Assembly: GCA_965603825.1 (NCBI GenBank)
Contig: CBFDEM010000030.1
Location: 62,001 to 126,000, forward strand
DNA from: Blepharisma stoltei ATCC 30299
Taxonomy: Eukaryota > Protista > Ciliophora
Direction: 5' to 3'
DNA: 64,000 bases
The notes under the pieces are model-generated. The model was not told the origin of the DNA and searched no databases. It saw nothing but the letters and a program-made list of their open reading frames with translations. A program made the position numbers and the translations under genes. Below, piece after piece: positions 1 to 10,279 of this stretch; position 1 is the stretch's first letter, and the number at the start of each line of letters is the position of its first letter.

Positions 1-105
1 TTATTAGCAATTATTGAAAAAATCCCGATTTCAATTATTACAGCGCAGGATTTAGGCCTGGCAGGGTGCAATAGAGTTGCTAGACAATTAAATTTGAGTA
101 TTTAA
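1..105 (+). CDS. 3' end of a probable glucokinase (Glk-type sugar kinase), truncated by the window edge
   Basis: Frame 1 reads LLAIIEKIPISIITAQDLGLAGCNRVARQLNLSI*, with TAA at 103-105. This resembles the Glk C-terminal pattern IPV-x-hydrophobic...GL-x-G. Only 34 aa are visible. Confidence 0.55.
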   Translation, partial: LLAIIEKIPISIITAQDLGLAGCNRVARQLNLSI

Positions 106-108
106 TTA

Positions 109-651
109 TTAAGCTAATGGGAGAAATCTATTATAATATCCTTGGGTTAGTTCTGTATGCATAAACACAGTGCTATCAGGCATATCTGCAAGATAAGTTG
201 CTGGTTTTCCTCCATAAATTGTGAATGACGGCACTTCAGTGTCAGGGCTGAGAATGGCCCCATCTTCAATTTTGCAGTTATCTCTAAGGACACATCTATG
301 AGATATGATACAATTTTTCCCAACGTGGACATTGTTGCCGATTTTACTAGCGCACACAATGCTGCCTTCTTCAATAAGTACATGTTCTCCTATCTGCATA
401 GTAATATATTTTAATTTTCCTTTAGCTCTCTTATAAGATGGTCTCAAAACTACATCTTCTTTAAAAATCGTATATTTTCCAATCTTTACGGGTGCTAAAT
501 CGCCTCTTATTACAACTCCAGGAGAAATAATGCATTTTCCGTTCAAGTGAATGTTATGGCTTCCTCTTATCAAGGATTTCCTGCAAACTTTGTTGCCTGT
601 ATGTGTTTCTAAATACTCCTTTTTATTGTAAAATACTTTTACAGGTTCCAT
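109..651 (-). CDS. DCTN5: Dynactin subunit 5 (p25), left-handed beta-helix protein, 180 aa
   Basis: Contains YLETHTGNKVCRKSLIRGSHNIHLNGKCII...IRGDL and hexapeptide repeats (IGEHVLIEEGSIV, IGNNVHVGKNCII). Uninterrupted ORF ending in TAA. Confidence 0.93.
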   Translation of the reverse strand: MEPVKVFYNKKEYLETHTGNKVCRKSLIRGSHNIHLNGKCIISPGVVIRGDLAPVKIGKYTIFKEDVVLRPSYKRAKGKLKYITMQIGEHVLIEEGSIVCASKIGNNVHVGKNCIISHRCVLRDNCKIEDGAILSPDTEVPSFTIYGGKPATYLADMPDSTVFMHTELTQGYYNRFLPLA

Positions 652-656
652 TTATA

Positions 657-1415
657 ATGGAAGAAATTCTTAAAAAAGACCAATATAACTTTTCAGTCTT
701 CGGCGATAATGATCAATCTTTGCAATTAATTTTATTACAAAACCAAACTGTATATACACAAATACAAAATATTGTTTATGCCTCAGGAAAACTCTCAATT
801 AAAAAAATCAAAGAAAATTGCTGAACCAAGATTTCGAACTTTTTTTCTTCAAAAATGCTTTATAACTATCGAATAAAAAACAGAAAAGGAGCTATAGAAT
901 ATGCAGGACTAAGCAAATCAACTGGAGGGAAAATAATAGCAATAAATCCTGAAGTTATAGGAGATTCAATAATTACTAGGTCGAATGCAATTTTAGCTTA
1001 TACAGATGGGGTTGAGATGCAGGAAAAAAAAGAAATGATAATTTTCTTGCAGAAGGAAGACTGAAAAGAAGTGAGTGGGGATGGGATTATATTTATGCAG
1101 ACGCCTGGAATGCTGACTGAAAAAAATTTGGGGCTAGAAGAAGAAATTTCAGTTGCTTTTAACTCTTTGGTCGCATTTTCAAAAGATGTTAAAATTTCTC
1201 ACTCGTCAAAACAAATGTCTTTTGCTAATATGCTACTATATGACTGGGCTTTTTTGAAAATCAAAGGACCTGGAGTAATATATATGGAATCCACAGGCTT
1301 TTCTAAGCTTGAAAGAACTAAGCAAGCAAAGAAAATGGAAATCATGTATTTTTTCTTATTTTTTGCATCAGCATTAATTATTTTTGGAATAGAAAGATTA
1401 ATGATGCATAGATAG
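657..1415 (+). CDS. AIM24-family protein with C-terminal hydrophobic segment, 252 aa (two TGA=Trp)
   Basis: ORF pieces 603-824, 855-1064 and 1071-1415 are in one frame and separated only by TGA. Motifs GKIIAI, AILAYT, SGDGIIFMQTPG, SLVAFS and LKIKGPGVIYMES match AIM24. ATG at 657, TAG at 1413-1415. Confidence 0.75.
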
Positions 1416-1423
1416 CTTATTAA

Positions 1424-2827
1424 TTATACAGATGGTCTTAAATGGTATTCGTGTTCTAAATTCTCAATTTTTGAGTTTAAATTGACTGCGTTTACTTCAA
1501 TCCAGTCCAAAGCTTCTAAATACGTGTCTAAAATTGTTTCTAAATCCAGTCCATTTTCCTGCTCAGTCTCAAATGTATCATTTACACTTTTCGTGATTTT
1601 TTGCATATTTTTTTCAAGGTCACTTATATTTAGCTTCACTGAGTCTGCTGCCTTATAAATATTTTCCTTATCATCATGCCTTAGTCCTTTTCCAAAAAAT
1701 CCACCTATATTCATTTGTGTCAGGATTTTTTCCAGCTCTTTATCAATTACATCTAAAGCTCCTGACAAGTCGTTTTGTTCAGCAGTAATCAAGTCCATCG
1801 TTTCATTAGCTAGCTTACTATCGCTTTTTACCTTATCTAATACATCTCTCAGTGTGATTATTTCTTTTTGGCAATCATAAGCTGATTTTTCAATGCCAAT
1901 GGATTTTTCAGTGACTTCTCTAAATGCAAGTGCTTGACTGTCGAGCTCAGTTTTCCAGTCCTGGAATAAGTCTTGAATTCTTCTTTTGCTTAAAATCTGC
2001 TTTTTGCTGTCTTCTAGCTCTTTCGATATTTTTGAGCTGTCTTGAGTAGAAGTTTGAGGGGCTGTAGAAGGGAGAGTTACTTGTGGGGCGGTAGAAGTGG
2101 CAGAAAACCCTGATGGATTCATAAAAAAGCCAGCTGAGGAGGATTGGGGAGGCTTGGGCTGGGTAGAAGACACTTGAGGGAAAGCTTGCTGAGAAGTAGA
2201 AGGGAAAGCAGAAGAAGTCATTTGAGGCACAGAAAAAGGAGGCTGGGTAGTTGTAGATGGAACTTGAAAAGGAGACGGCTGAGAAGCTTGGAAAGGAGAT
2301 TGCACAGGAGGAGGAGCTTGAAAAGGAGACTGGGTTGTTGGAGGCTGGACTGACTGAAAAGGGTTAACTGTAGATGGCGGGGCTAAACTTTGATTTGGAC
2401 CTTGAGCAAAAGGATTAGTAGAAATAGAAGGAACTTGTGTAGGAGGCTTAGTCACTGTGAATGGGCTTGGAGACATATGCCCTGTGCCAGTTGTAAATGG
2501 TTTATTTGGAGTTTGGATAGAGCTTTGTAAAGTATTGTAGCTAGGCATCCCAATAGAAGTATTCATACCTGTATTAAAAGAACTTTGTGGAGGATTCCCC
2601 ACAAAAGGGTTAGGTTGCCCTGGCCTGCTGCCTCCAAAAGGATTATTCTGAGCCATACCTTGTCCAAATGGGCTTGGCTGAGGATTTCCGATTTGATACT
2701 GAGAAGGAGTTTGAGCCGCATAATTTGGCTGGAATGGCTGCTGGCCTGCAGGTGTAAAGGAATTTGTAAAAGGATTTGTAGTCTGAGGCCGCCCATAAGC
2801 TGGCTGAGGTTGAAAAGAATTATTCAT
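1424..2827 (-). CDS. NUP62: Nsp1/Nup62-like nucleoporin (low-complexity Phe-motif N-terminus plus C-terminal coiled coil)
   Basis: The C-terminal IQDLFQDWKTELDSQALAFREVTEK...MDLITAEQNDLSGALDVIDKEL...IYKAADSV...ILDTYLEALDWIE follows the Nsp1_C pattern, and the N-terminus is rich in S/T/P/Q/F. An alternative ATG at 2851 lies only 5 bp from the upstream stop, so 2827 is preferred. Confidence 0.75.
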   Translation of the reverse strand: MNNSFQPQPAYGRPQTTNPFTNSFTPAGQQPFQPNYAAQTPSQYQIGNPQPSPFGQGMAQNNPFGGSRPGQPNPFVGNPPQSSFNTGMNTSIGMPSYNTLQSSIQTPNKPFTTGTGHMSPSPFTVTKPPTQVPSISTNPFAQGPNQSLAPPSTVNPFQSVQPPTTQSPFQAPPPVQSPFQASQPSPFQVPSTTTQPPFSVPQMTSSAFPSTSQQAFPQVSSTQPKPPQSSSAGFFMNPSGFSATSTAPQVTLPSTAPQTSTQDSSKISKELEDSKKQILSKRRIQDLFQDWKTELDSQALAFREVTEKSIGIEKSAYDCQKEIITLRDVLDKVKSDSKLANETMDLITAEQNDLSGALDVIDKELEKILTQMNIGGFFGKGLRHDDKENIYKAADSVKLNISDLEKNMQKITKSVNDTFETEQENGLDLETILDTYLEALDWIEVNAVNLNSKIENLEHEYHLRPSV

Positions 2828-2856
2828 ATTTAAATTTTTTAAGAATTGCATTAAAT

Positions 2857-3834
2857 TTAATTAATTCTCTTCAAAAAATCCGCAATTAGAGAATTTGTAT
2901 GTATTTCTTTCTGCTCTTGCACATTCACTGGTTTTTTAAATCTCAAAGCTTCTGGGTCCGCCCCGTTTTCAAACCTATCCACCCATCTTGCTACTTTTTC
3001 TGGTTTTGTGTTACAAATTGATGCAGCAAGGTCTTTGTTATTAGTTTGGTAGTAGTAAAAAATGGAATTTCTAATGGTGTCTCTCTGAAACTCTCCTTCT
3101 GAATGTATAGAATCCTCATCGCTTAGCTCTCTTCCATTAGCTACCTTATCTAGCCAATTCTGTATCTTATAAACTGGCATCCCTAGTTCCTGGGATAGTG
3201 CCACCTTACTGACCCCTTCTGCGATTTTTTTTACAATGACTTTTTTGGACTCAGCTGACTTCAATAAATCATTAGGTGTTATTTCTCCATATAAAATCAA
3301 TACTTTTTTCTTTGGAATTCTCATAGCTTTGCTTATATCTTTTAAGCTGGAGCCTTTGTCTCGCAGTTTTATACAGTCGTTTTTCATTTCTATCATTTTT
3401 GAAGCAATTTCTGAAGGGACTTGCTTTCAGTCGCCTAAGGAATGGACGAGCTCTAGGGAAAGGTTAAAAAGTTTGGAAATTAAAGAGGGTGAAATATTTT
3501 TTTCATACAGGTCGCGGACTCTGGTTTTTATGAGTTCCATATGGGAACTCAGCTCATTTTCCCCTTTTTTGACTGGGATTTGAGGTTTTTTAAATAGAGC
3601 ATGCTCTTTTGGCCGCTTCACAGGAAGCTGCAAAGGCTCAGGTTTCAGTTTTTCTATTTTCGTCGTCACAAATTTAACACCAGATAAAGGCAGCAAATGC
3701 TCTTGAAAAAACTCATGCATTTCCTCTTCAAAATTCTGGATAAACGCTTGAAACTTACCTTGGACTTCTCTTTCAATTTCTAAAAACCTTTGAAAAGCTT
3801 GAATAATCGGCTCTTTTTCTTCGACTGAGGACAT
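2857..3834 (-). CDS. Uncharacterised 325-aa protein with about four tandem helix-turn-helix-like motifs
   Basis: ORFs 3427-3834 and 2857-3396 join in frame through TGA at 3427-3429. HTH-like units: ISPSLISKLFNLSLELVHSL, SSLKDISKAMRIPKKKV, VSKVALSQELGMPVYKIQNW, NKDLAASICNTKPEKVARWV. Confidence 0.65.
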
Positions 3835-3876
3835 TTATTAGACCCCCTAAATTTTTTTGCTAAAAAATTTTTAAAA

Positions 3877-6800
3877 TTAATGATTTATTATTGAAAAATT
3901 ATTTGCCTTCATAATAAAAGAATTTGGCCTGCTAGTATCCGCGCGTGAAAACTCGTTCAGCCGCTTGTCTTCGGTGTCTCAGCAAGAGTCGTATTCTGAC
4001 TCAGGAGGGCTATGGACTGAAATAAAATAGTCAGTATTCTTTTCAAATTGGGTCATTATTTTGCTTCTTTTTTCTCCGATTCCTAAGACGTCGTTTTCTC
4101 GGCGGAATTTTCGCTTGTAGATGATAAAAATGTTTTCAATGCCAGCCATTGTGATACCGATTGCAGATAAGGAGCCGAAAACTGCTCCTAAAAGCCCGCT
4201 GATAAGTGCTATAAAGGTTTGCTTTGGAATTCTTTCAGTATATAAGCTATTTTCACTTAATTTCAGTCAAATTTTGAGCTTTAAGCTTGAGGTAAAAGGC
4301 AAATCTTTTACCTCATACTGAGAGCCTGGTGATGGTGGAGAAGTCAATGACACATGATAGCCAGTTAACTCGTCAGTCCAGTCATCAACATAAGACCTAA
4401 ACAGCGAAGGAGTCATAGTAAAATAAAATTGAGTCGCGTCAAAACCTCTAAAAAGTGTCTTATCAGCTGGAATAATTGACTGAAAAATGCTGCTCCTCTC
4501 GTGAGGAATTGAAGAAGAGGCAGTCACGTTTACGCTAATTGCAGAGGTGTAGCTTGATTTTTCAACTAAATAAAACTCTATATATGCGTCAATTAAGATA
4601 ATGCACTGGGTGCACCAAAAAGTGACTTGGCAATTTCTGTCCTGGACTTTGGAACATGTAAGCTTAGATCTTTCAAAAGATATAGAGTGATGAGTATAAG
4701 AAATCCCTTGGTTACAAGAATCAATCCCAACTACACAATTCCCTCCATACTGATAAAATAGCGCAGAAACTGTTATATTTGCTGGGTACTCTTTAACATC
4801 ATTTTCTAGCGAAACTGAAGGTAACAGATTTTTTATCTCCGTAACATTATCAAGACTATAGTTCAATACTTCACTGCAAATCATTACAACTGCTACAAAT
4901 ATGAAAATTAGCGTAAAAGCTCCACCAAGCTTAGTTGATTTCATATACATTGTAGCATTTAAAGTATGATTATGAATATCCTGATAAATATCAATATAAC
5001 TATAATATTTTCTAACATCCTCTGTAAGAACTGTAAATAATAAAGTAACAATACAAACTAAACCAGCTGTAAGAATAAGGAGGTTTATTATCAGAGAAGT
5101 ATCATATGAAGAGTAAGTAGAAGGCTGCAAAGAAAGATATGAAGAAACTGTCTTTTTGTCTAATGGTGAAGATGCACCTATAGGACAATATTTACTTGTG
5201 GGGCAGTCTCTACAGATAAGAGCTCCATAGTTGGCATTAAAAGTCCCTTCATCACAAGGGTAGCACTGTCTTGATGTATTGCCTCCTTTAGATGGGTTAT
5301 AAGTCCCTGGAGGACAAAGTATGCACTCTTTAGCTCCATATTTTTCATTATAAGACCCTTTTGGGCACATATAACATTCGCCATTATCAAGGTATGTCCC
5401 TGGGCTACAAGTCCATACACATGCAGCATTACTGGGACATTTAATATTAATTTCTATAAAATTGCTTTTTCCTATAGAAGTTCTCATAGTTTTCCCTAGC
5501 ACTGCTCCTCCTCCATGCACATAAATGCTTTTTTTATAGTAAATATAAGCAGAAGCGTAAAAATAATCAGGCAAATTCCCTACAAATTGATATGTATGCT
5601 CTGGTATATTAAGGATATAGACACTTTTTAATGGGTCAGTGCCCCATTTCTGGCCTCCAATAATTGCTATGTAACTTCCTATAGATTTTATTATGGCTTC
5701 ATCTCGGCTTATAGGGTCAGATGCACTAGGACTTTTGGCTAAATTTGTTCATATTTTTGTGGTGAAATTGAACATGTCAGCTCTTCCTAATGGTTTTTCT
5801 CCGTGTGTGGAGCCGTACATTGTGAATAAAATTGAATTGCCATATGGGTCGATTCGGAAATCGCATGCCGGATTTTTTACAGGCTCAGGACCTATCTTGT
5901 ACCCGTCATAAACTAATCCGAATTCGTTGGTTAAGGTATCAAATACCCATATTTCATTGGTAAGGCCAAATTTTGTTAGTCCTCCAAATATATAAATATG
6001 AGGAAAATTAATTTGCATACAAGCATTACTGCGTCCGCTTGGCCTTACTGTAGAAGCTGGCTCTATTTTGCTTCACGTATCAGTCAAAATGTTAAGCAGA
6101 TGCAAGTCATTTAAATAAAAATCCCCATCATACCCTCCAAAAACAACCATAGTATCTCCTTGAGAACTTGCTGCATGATTTTTTCTTGCTGATGGAATAT
6201 CTCCTTGCGGAACAATAGAGCTCCAAATTGCTTTATCAGGATCAAAAACCCACAAATCATTCATGGCTTCTCCATTATTTTCACCTCCAAATAGATACAA
6301 AAACCCTCCTAGGGCACATATAGAATGGCTTTTCCTTGCATTAGGGTTCACATACTCATAGCTTATAATTTTATACTCTAAAGGGTCTGTATCTAAATCG
6401 AATTCAATTAAGGAGTTTAGTAAAAGATCTGTTAAAGCTGAGTATCCTCCTAGCATATAAAGATAATGGTCGTGCATTGTAAATCCATATGAGTCTCTAG
6501 GGACAATTTCAAAAAATTCTCCAGGCGCTACTTCTTGGTAGGTTCATATATATTCTGGGTCATTCAGGTCGACTTTCATGATATTTGTAACGTCATCAGA
6601 AGTTTCATCTGACCATCCATATAGAAGATAAAAAACATCGTTATATAAGATACTCCCTGTGAAGTAGCGATACTCAAAAGTATGTGATGGGTTAGTAATG
6701 TTGACTCAATTATTGCTTGCTAAGTCATATCTAAAAAATTGTCGAGAGTATTCTTCTGATGTGCCTAAAAATTCAGAAATGTCTCCAGCTGCTACATATA

Positions 6801-7437
6801 TCGCCTGATTTCAATACTCAATTACAGGGCCATTTAGACGTGGAACTTCACTGCCTTGATATGGCTTTTTTTCTCATGTTAAGCTTTCTATATCAAAGCT
6901 AAATATCTGTTACATATATAAATTGTTATCATATCCTTCTGGTATTGTTCCTCCGAATATTGCAAATTTTAGGGCACCAGATGGATCCTTATATTTCTTG
7001 TATCCGAATCTATATCTTGGGGAAGGGATTTCTCCGCCTTGATCAATTTGCAGCCACTGCAGATTTACCAAATCAAAAGTCCACATATCGTTTTGTGGGC
7101 CTGATATAGAATTTCCTCCAAATATATATAGTTTATCATCATCTAAGTTTATGAAACCACCATGAAAATATCTTGGAACTGAGTTAAGATTACCAGGACT
7201 TATTTCTGAAACTGGGTTTAAATTTGTTCACAGTTGAGAATCCAAAGAAAATTGTCAAACATCGTTATAAGTTGATACAGAACCAAAATTTCCTCCAAAC
7301 GCAATTATCGAATTTCCATTGTCATAGTAGTCTAATACCAAATACTGCCGTTCACTTGGAGGGGAGTCTGTTGTAGGAATTCTTGTGAATCTCTGTGCAT
7401 TTGCTGAAACTAATATAAATATAATGATTCTATACAT
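3877..7437 (-). CDS. Kelch-repeat / Cys-rich (GCC2-GCC3, ephrin-receptor-like) membrane protein, ~1176 aa, 2 tiny introns
   Basis: One frame from ATG 7437 to TAA 3877 with TGA=Trp and introns 7179-7193 and 6899-6913. It has a signal peptide (MYRIIIFILVSANA), many (L/I)Y(I/L)FGG...ND.W Kelch repeats, CPKGSY/CPPGTY/CDEGTF repeats and three hydrophobic segments. Confidence 0.85.
6899..6913 (-). other. 15-nt spliceosomal intron GTAACAGATATTTAG
   Basis: GT-AG with A at position 10. Removal deletes an in-frame TAA and gives LYIFDI. Confidence 0.9.
7179..7193 (-). other. Probable 15-nt intron GTAATCTTAACTCAG
   Basis: GT-AG with A10. Removal gives the Kelch-typical SPVPRY. It contains no stop, so the frame does not require it. 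Confidence 0.7.
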
Positions 7438-7699
7438 AAACTAATATAAAAATATAACGAAATGGCAATCTTAAAAAATATATAAAATTTGAGTAATGCT
7501 CTTAAATTTCATTTATAAGTGGCTTTTTAATTATTTGGATTCAAATTATTTGATTTTTTTAGAGAAAAGAATTAGCTTAAGTCTATGTGTCCAATTTCAT
7601 GCTTTTTAAATATTTAATCAGTTCTGCATATTTCAGTCATTTATAATAGCTCTATATATAAAAAATCATCAGAATTATTAATAAAAATTATTCCTAAAT

Positions 7700-9082
7700 A
7701 TGAATGAAAGCCCAGCCTATTCAGTCAATCAATACATAGATAGCATTGGCTGAGGAAATTATCAAAGGAAACTCTTTTTGCGCTGTGTTCTCGTAAAGTT
7801 GAATTAGACCTATGCAAATGTTCAGGTTTGTATGATTTCAATTGGCTATTTTGGATCTGAATTCGAAAAACAGTGAGGCATATCTAACAAAGAGAAGGGG
7901 TTAATGGGGACAATTTATCAGCTTGGGTCTCTTTTAGGGTCATATTTGTGAGGAAGCATTTCTGATAATTATGGCCGTTCTTTTTCGCTTAAGAGAAGCA
8001 TAATTTTGCTCATTATTGGAGGATTTTTATGGATTTTTTCTGAGAATATTATTGAAATATATATTCTGTGCTTTATTTCTGGCATAGGAAATATTGGGGA
8101 ATTAGTGCTAACACCGGTGGTTTTTAAAGAATTTTGTCCGATTAAAAATGTGAGTTTTGCGACTATGCTCAATATAGGGTTTCCGATTGGAGGCCTTTTA
8201 ATATCGATTATTGTAATTATTATCAGAATTATTGATAGCAATCATTTAGAGGACTGAAAATTTCTGACAATTATTATGGTTTTCTGCCAGATTTTGATTT
8301 TTATTGACAGAATTGATATGGACGAAACACCTGGATTTTTAGCTGTGAACCAAAAGCCACAAAAAGCAAAAGAAGTTTTACAAAATGTGGCGAAAAATAA
8401 TAAATCGGATTTGAAAATAGGGAAAATAGAAATTCAGGAAAATATATCAAAAAATCATAGCAGAATAAGAATTTTACTATCTAAAACATATTTAAAGTCC
8501 AGTATTTTACTATCAATCATATATTTTCTCATTCTTTTTGGGACTTTTAGTCTCCTCTTATTTATGCCCCGATTTCTTAAGAATTATTCATTAATCACAA
8601 AATATACAGTTATAGGTCTTCAGCAGGTGTCAGGAGTCCCTACTAATTTTTTAGCTTCATATTTAGTTAACACCAAGCTTGGCCGCACTCGAACACTTTC
8701 CTACTCATTGTTTATTATAAGCGTCACTATATTTTTGTTCAGCCTGGCAAATGATATTATTCTTGTATAATTCATGTAGATTATAATCGTGACTATGATA
8801 ATGACAGGAATAAACAGTCTTGCATATGGAGCGTTATTTACAATTCCTCCTGAGGTTTATCCAACTGAGGTAAGAAATTCAGCCCAAGGGCTATTTTTTG
8901 CATCTTCAAGAATAGGGGGAGTATCTGCTCCTTTAATAGCTGGAGTTCTTATTGATTTAGATGGAGGACAAGTAATGTGTCTGATGTGTTTTGGGATAGC
9001 TTATTTTTTAGCAGGGATTTGTGCTTTGTTTTTAAAAGAAACGAGGTCAGAATTAGATGATGATAATCTAATAAGCTCTTAA
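7700..9082 (+). CDS. MFS transporter (SV2/organic-cation type), ~450 aa, paralog A, 2 tiny introns
   Basis: Motifs IDSIGWGNYQ, SDNYGRS, DETPGFL, KLGRTRT and PEVYPTEVRNSAQG...SRIGG. Single frame once TGA=Trp is applied and introns 7793-7807 and 8765-8779 are removed. Confidence 0.88.
7793..7807 (+). other. 15-nt intron GTAAAGTTGAATTAG
   Basis: Phase 0 with A10; removes an in-frame TAG. Same position (after codon 31) as the intron in MFS paralog B. Confidence 0.9.
8765..8779 (+). other. 15-nt intron GTATAATTCATGTAG
   Basis: A10; removes in-frame TAA and TAG. Position shared with MFS paralog B. Confidence 0.9.
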
Positions 9083-10019
9083 TAGATTTATCATATTAAG
9101 TACTTTCAGCCTATTAAATAATTTTAATTGTTAAGAAATTTGGCTGGAGTATTCAGTAAAGGCGATTTATATAATTTAAAATGGTGCTAATAGAGAAGTT
9201 TCAAAATTTTTACATAATTTCTTCAGCAAAAAATTAATTTTGAATTTTAATCTTAATTAACTTAATTTCAGATATGCACCTTCTAAAGTCCGCTATGCGG
9301 CCTCACTACTTTTTTCACCTAATCACACTTTTATATGATGCTGCTGACGTCGAAATCCAACGTCAGGAAATTATTTTATTTCTGCTGATTAAAATATTTA
9401 TTTGATAATTAATGATTTTGGTAATTATAAATTTTTAGAATCAATCCCCAAGTCCTCCAGTGGCTATATTAAAAGTGTAATAGTCATGGAACATCAGTAT
9501 AAAGTCTAAGCTAGGGAATCAAGTGAATAAATTAAGGTTATATGATGCAGTCATAAGCGTAAAATAAATTAAAAATTTTATTTAGTGTTCTTAATAATTT
9601 TTTTTTCAGTCATTTTTTAGCATTAAATCTGCAAATATAATGGCTCTGTTGAATAAAAATAATGATATTAAAGTATGAAAACTTTAGTTTTGCTTTTGAT
9701 AGATTTGTTTGACTAAGCGTTTCAAAAATTGCTAATAAGCATTTAATTTTCGCTAGTCGAAAATTCAAGAACAATCTACTTAAGGAAACCCAAATCTTGA
9801 CCGAAGCAAACAATAATTATTGAAAACCGCTTATAGATCGATTCCTAAAATAATATACCGTTAATTAGATTAATATAATATTTTTCTATACCAATTATAC
9901 TCTATCTTATTTCTAATATTATAATTATGGGCTTCAAATTTTTTTACTTTTTCTTATTGCCTTCATTTTCCTTGTCCACAAATTTTTTGTGCAACCCATC
10001 CTGGTGTCCTCCGTCGTCG

Positions 10020-10034
10020 GTAGCTTTTATTTAG
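10020..10034 (+). other. 15-nt intron 1 of receptor copy 1 (GTAGCTTTTATTTAG)
   Basis: Falls after codon 31 in all five paralogs and ends in an in-frame TAG. Confidence 0.9.
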
Positions 10035-10263
10035 AAAGGAAATGGGGTTTGTGACCCAACTTGCATGTCTTCCTTTTGCAATTTTGATTCAAATACCTCT
10101 GATACTCCAAGGTTGAATCCTCAAAGCTCAGACTGCTTTGAAGAGTGCACAAAAAATTCCACTTGCTCGCCTTCAGATCTTGGAAATGGGATTTGTAATC
10201 CAAATTGCAATAACCCTGTTTGCGGCTATGATTTTGGAGATTGTGGGTATTGCGCCTCTGATT

Positions 10264-10279
10264 GTAAAATTTATTTTAG
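10264..10279 (+). other. 16-nt intron 2 of receptor copy 1 (GTAAAATTTATTTTAG)
   Basis: Required to join the two frames into ...SDCFQDDL. Confidence 0.9.

Noticed and set aside
2144-2833. Arg/Leu-rich ORFs 2144-2353, 2563-2796 and 2585-2833, and similar short antisense or alternate-frame ORFs throughout the track
   Set aside because: These are shadows of real genes on the opposite strand or in another frame, with no independent motifs.
9610-9813. 67-aa ORF in the MFS-receptor spacer (also 18198-18443 and 42697-42933)
   Set aside because: These rely on non-ATG starts, have AT-driven composition and show no recognisable motifs.
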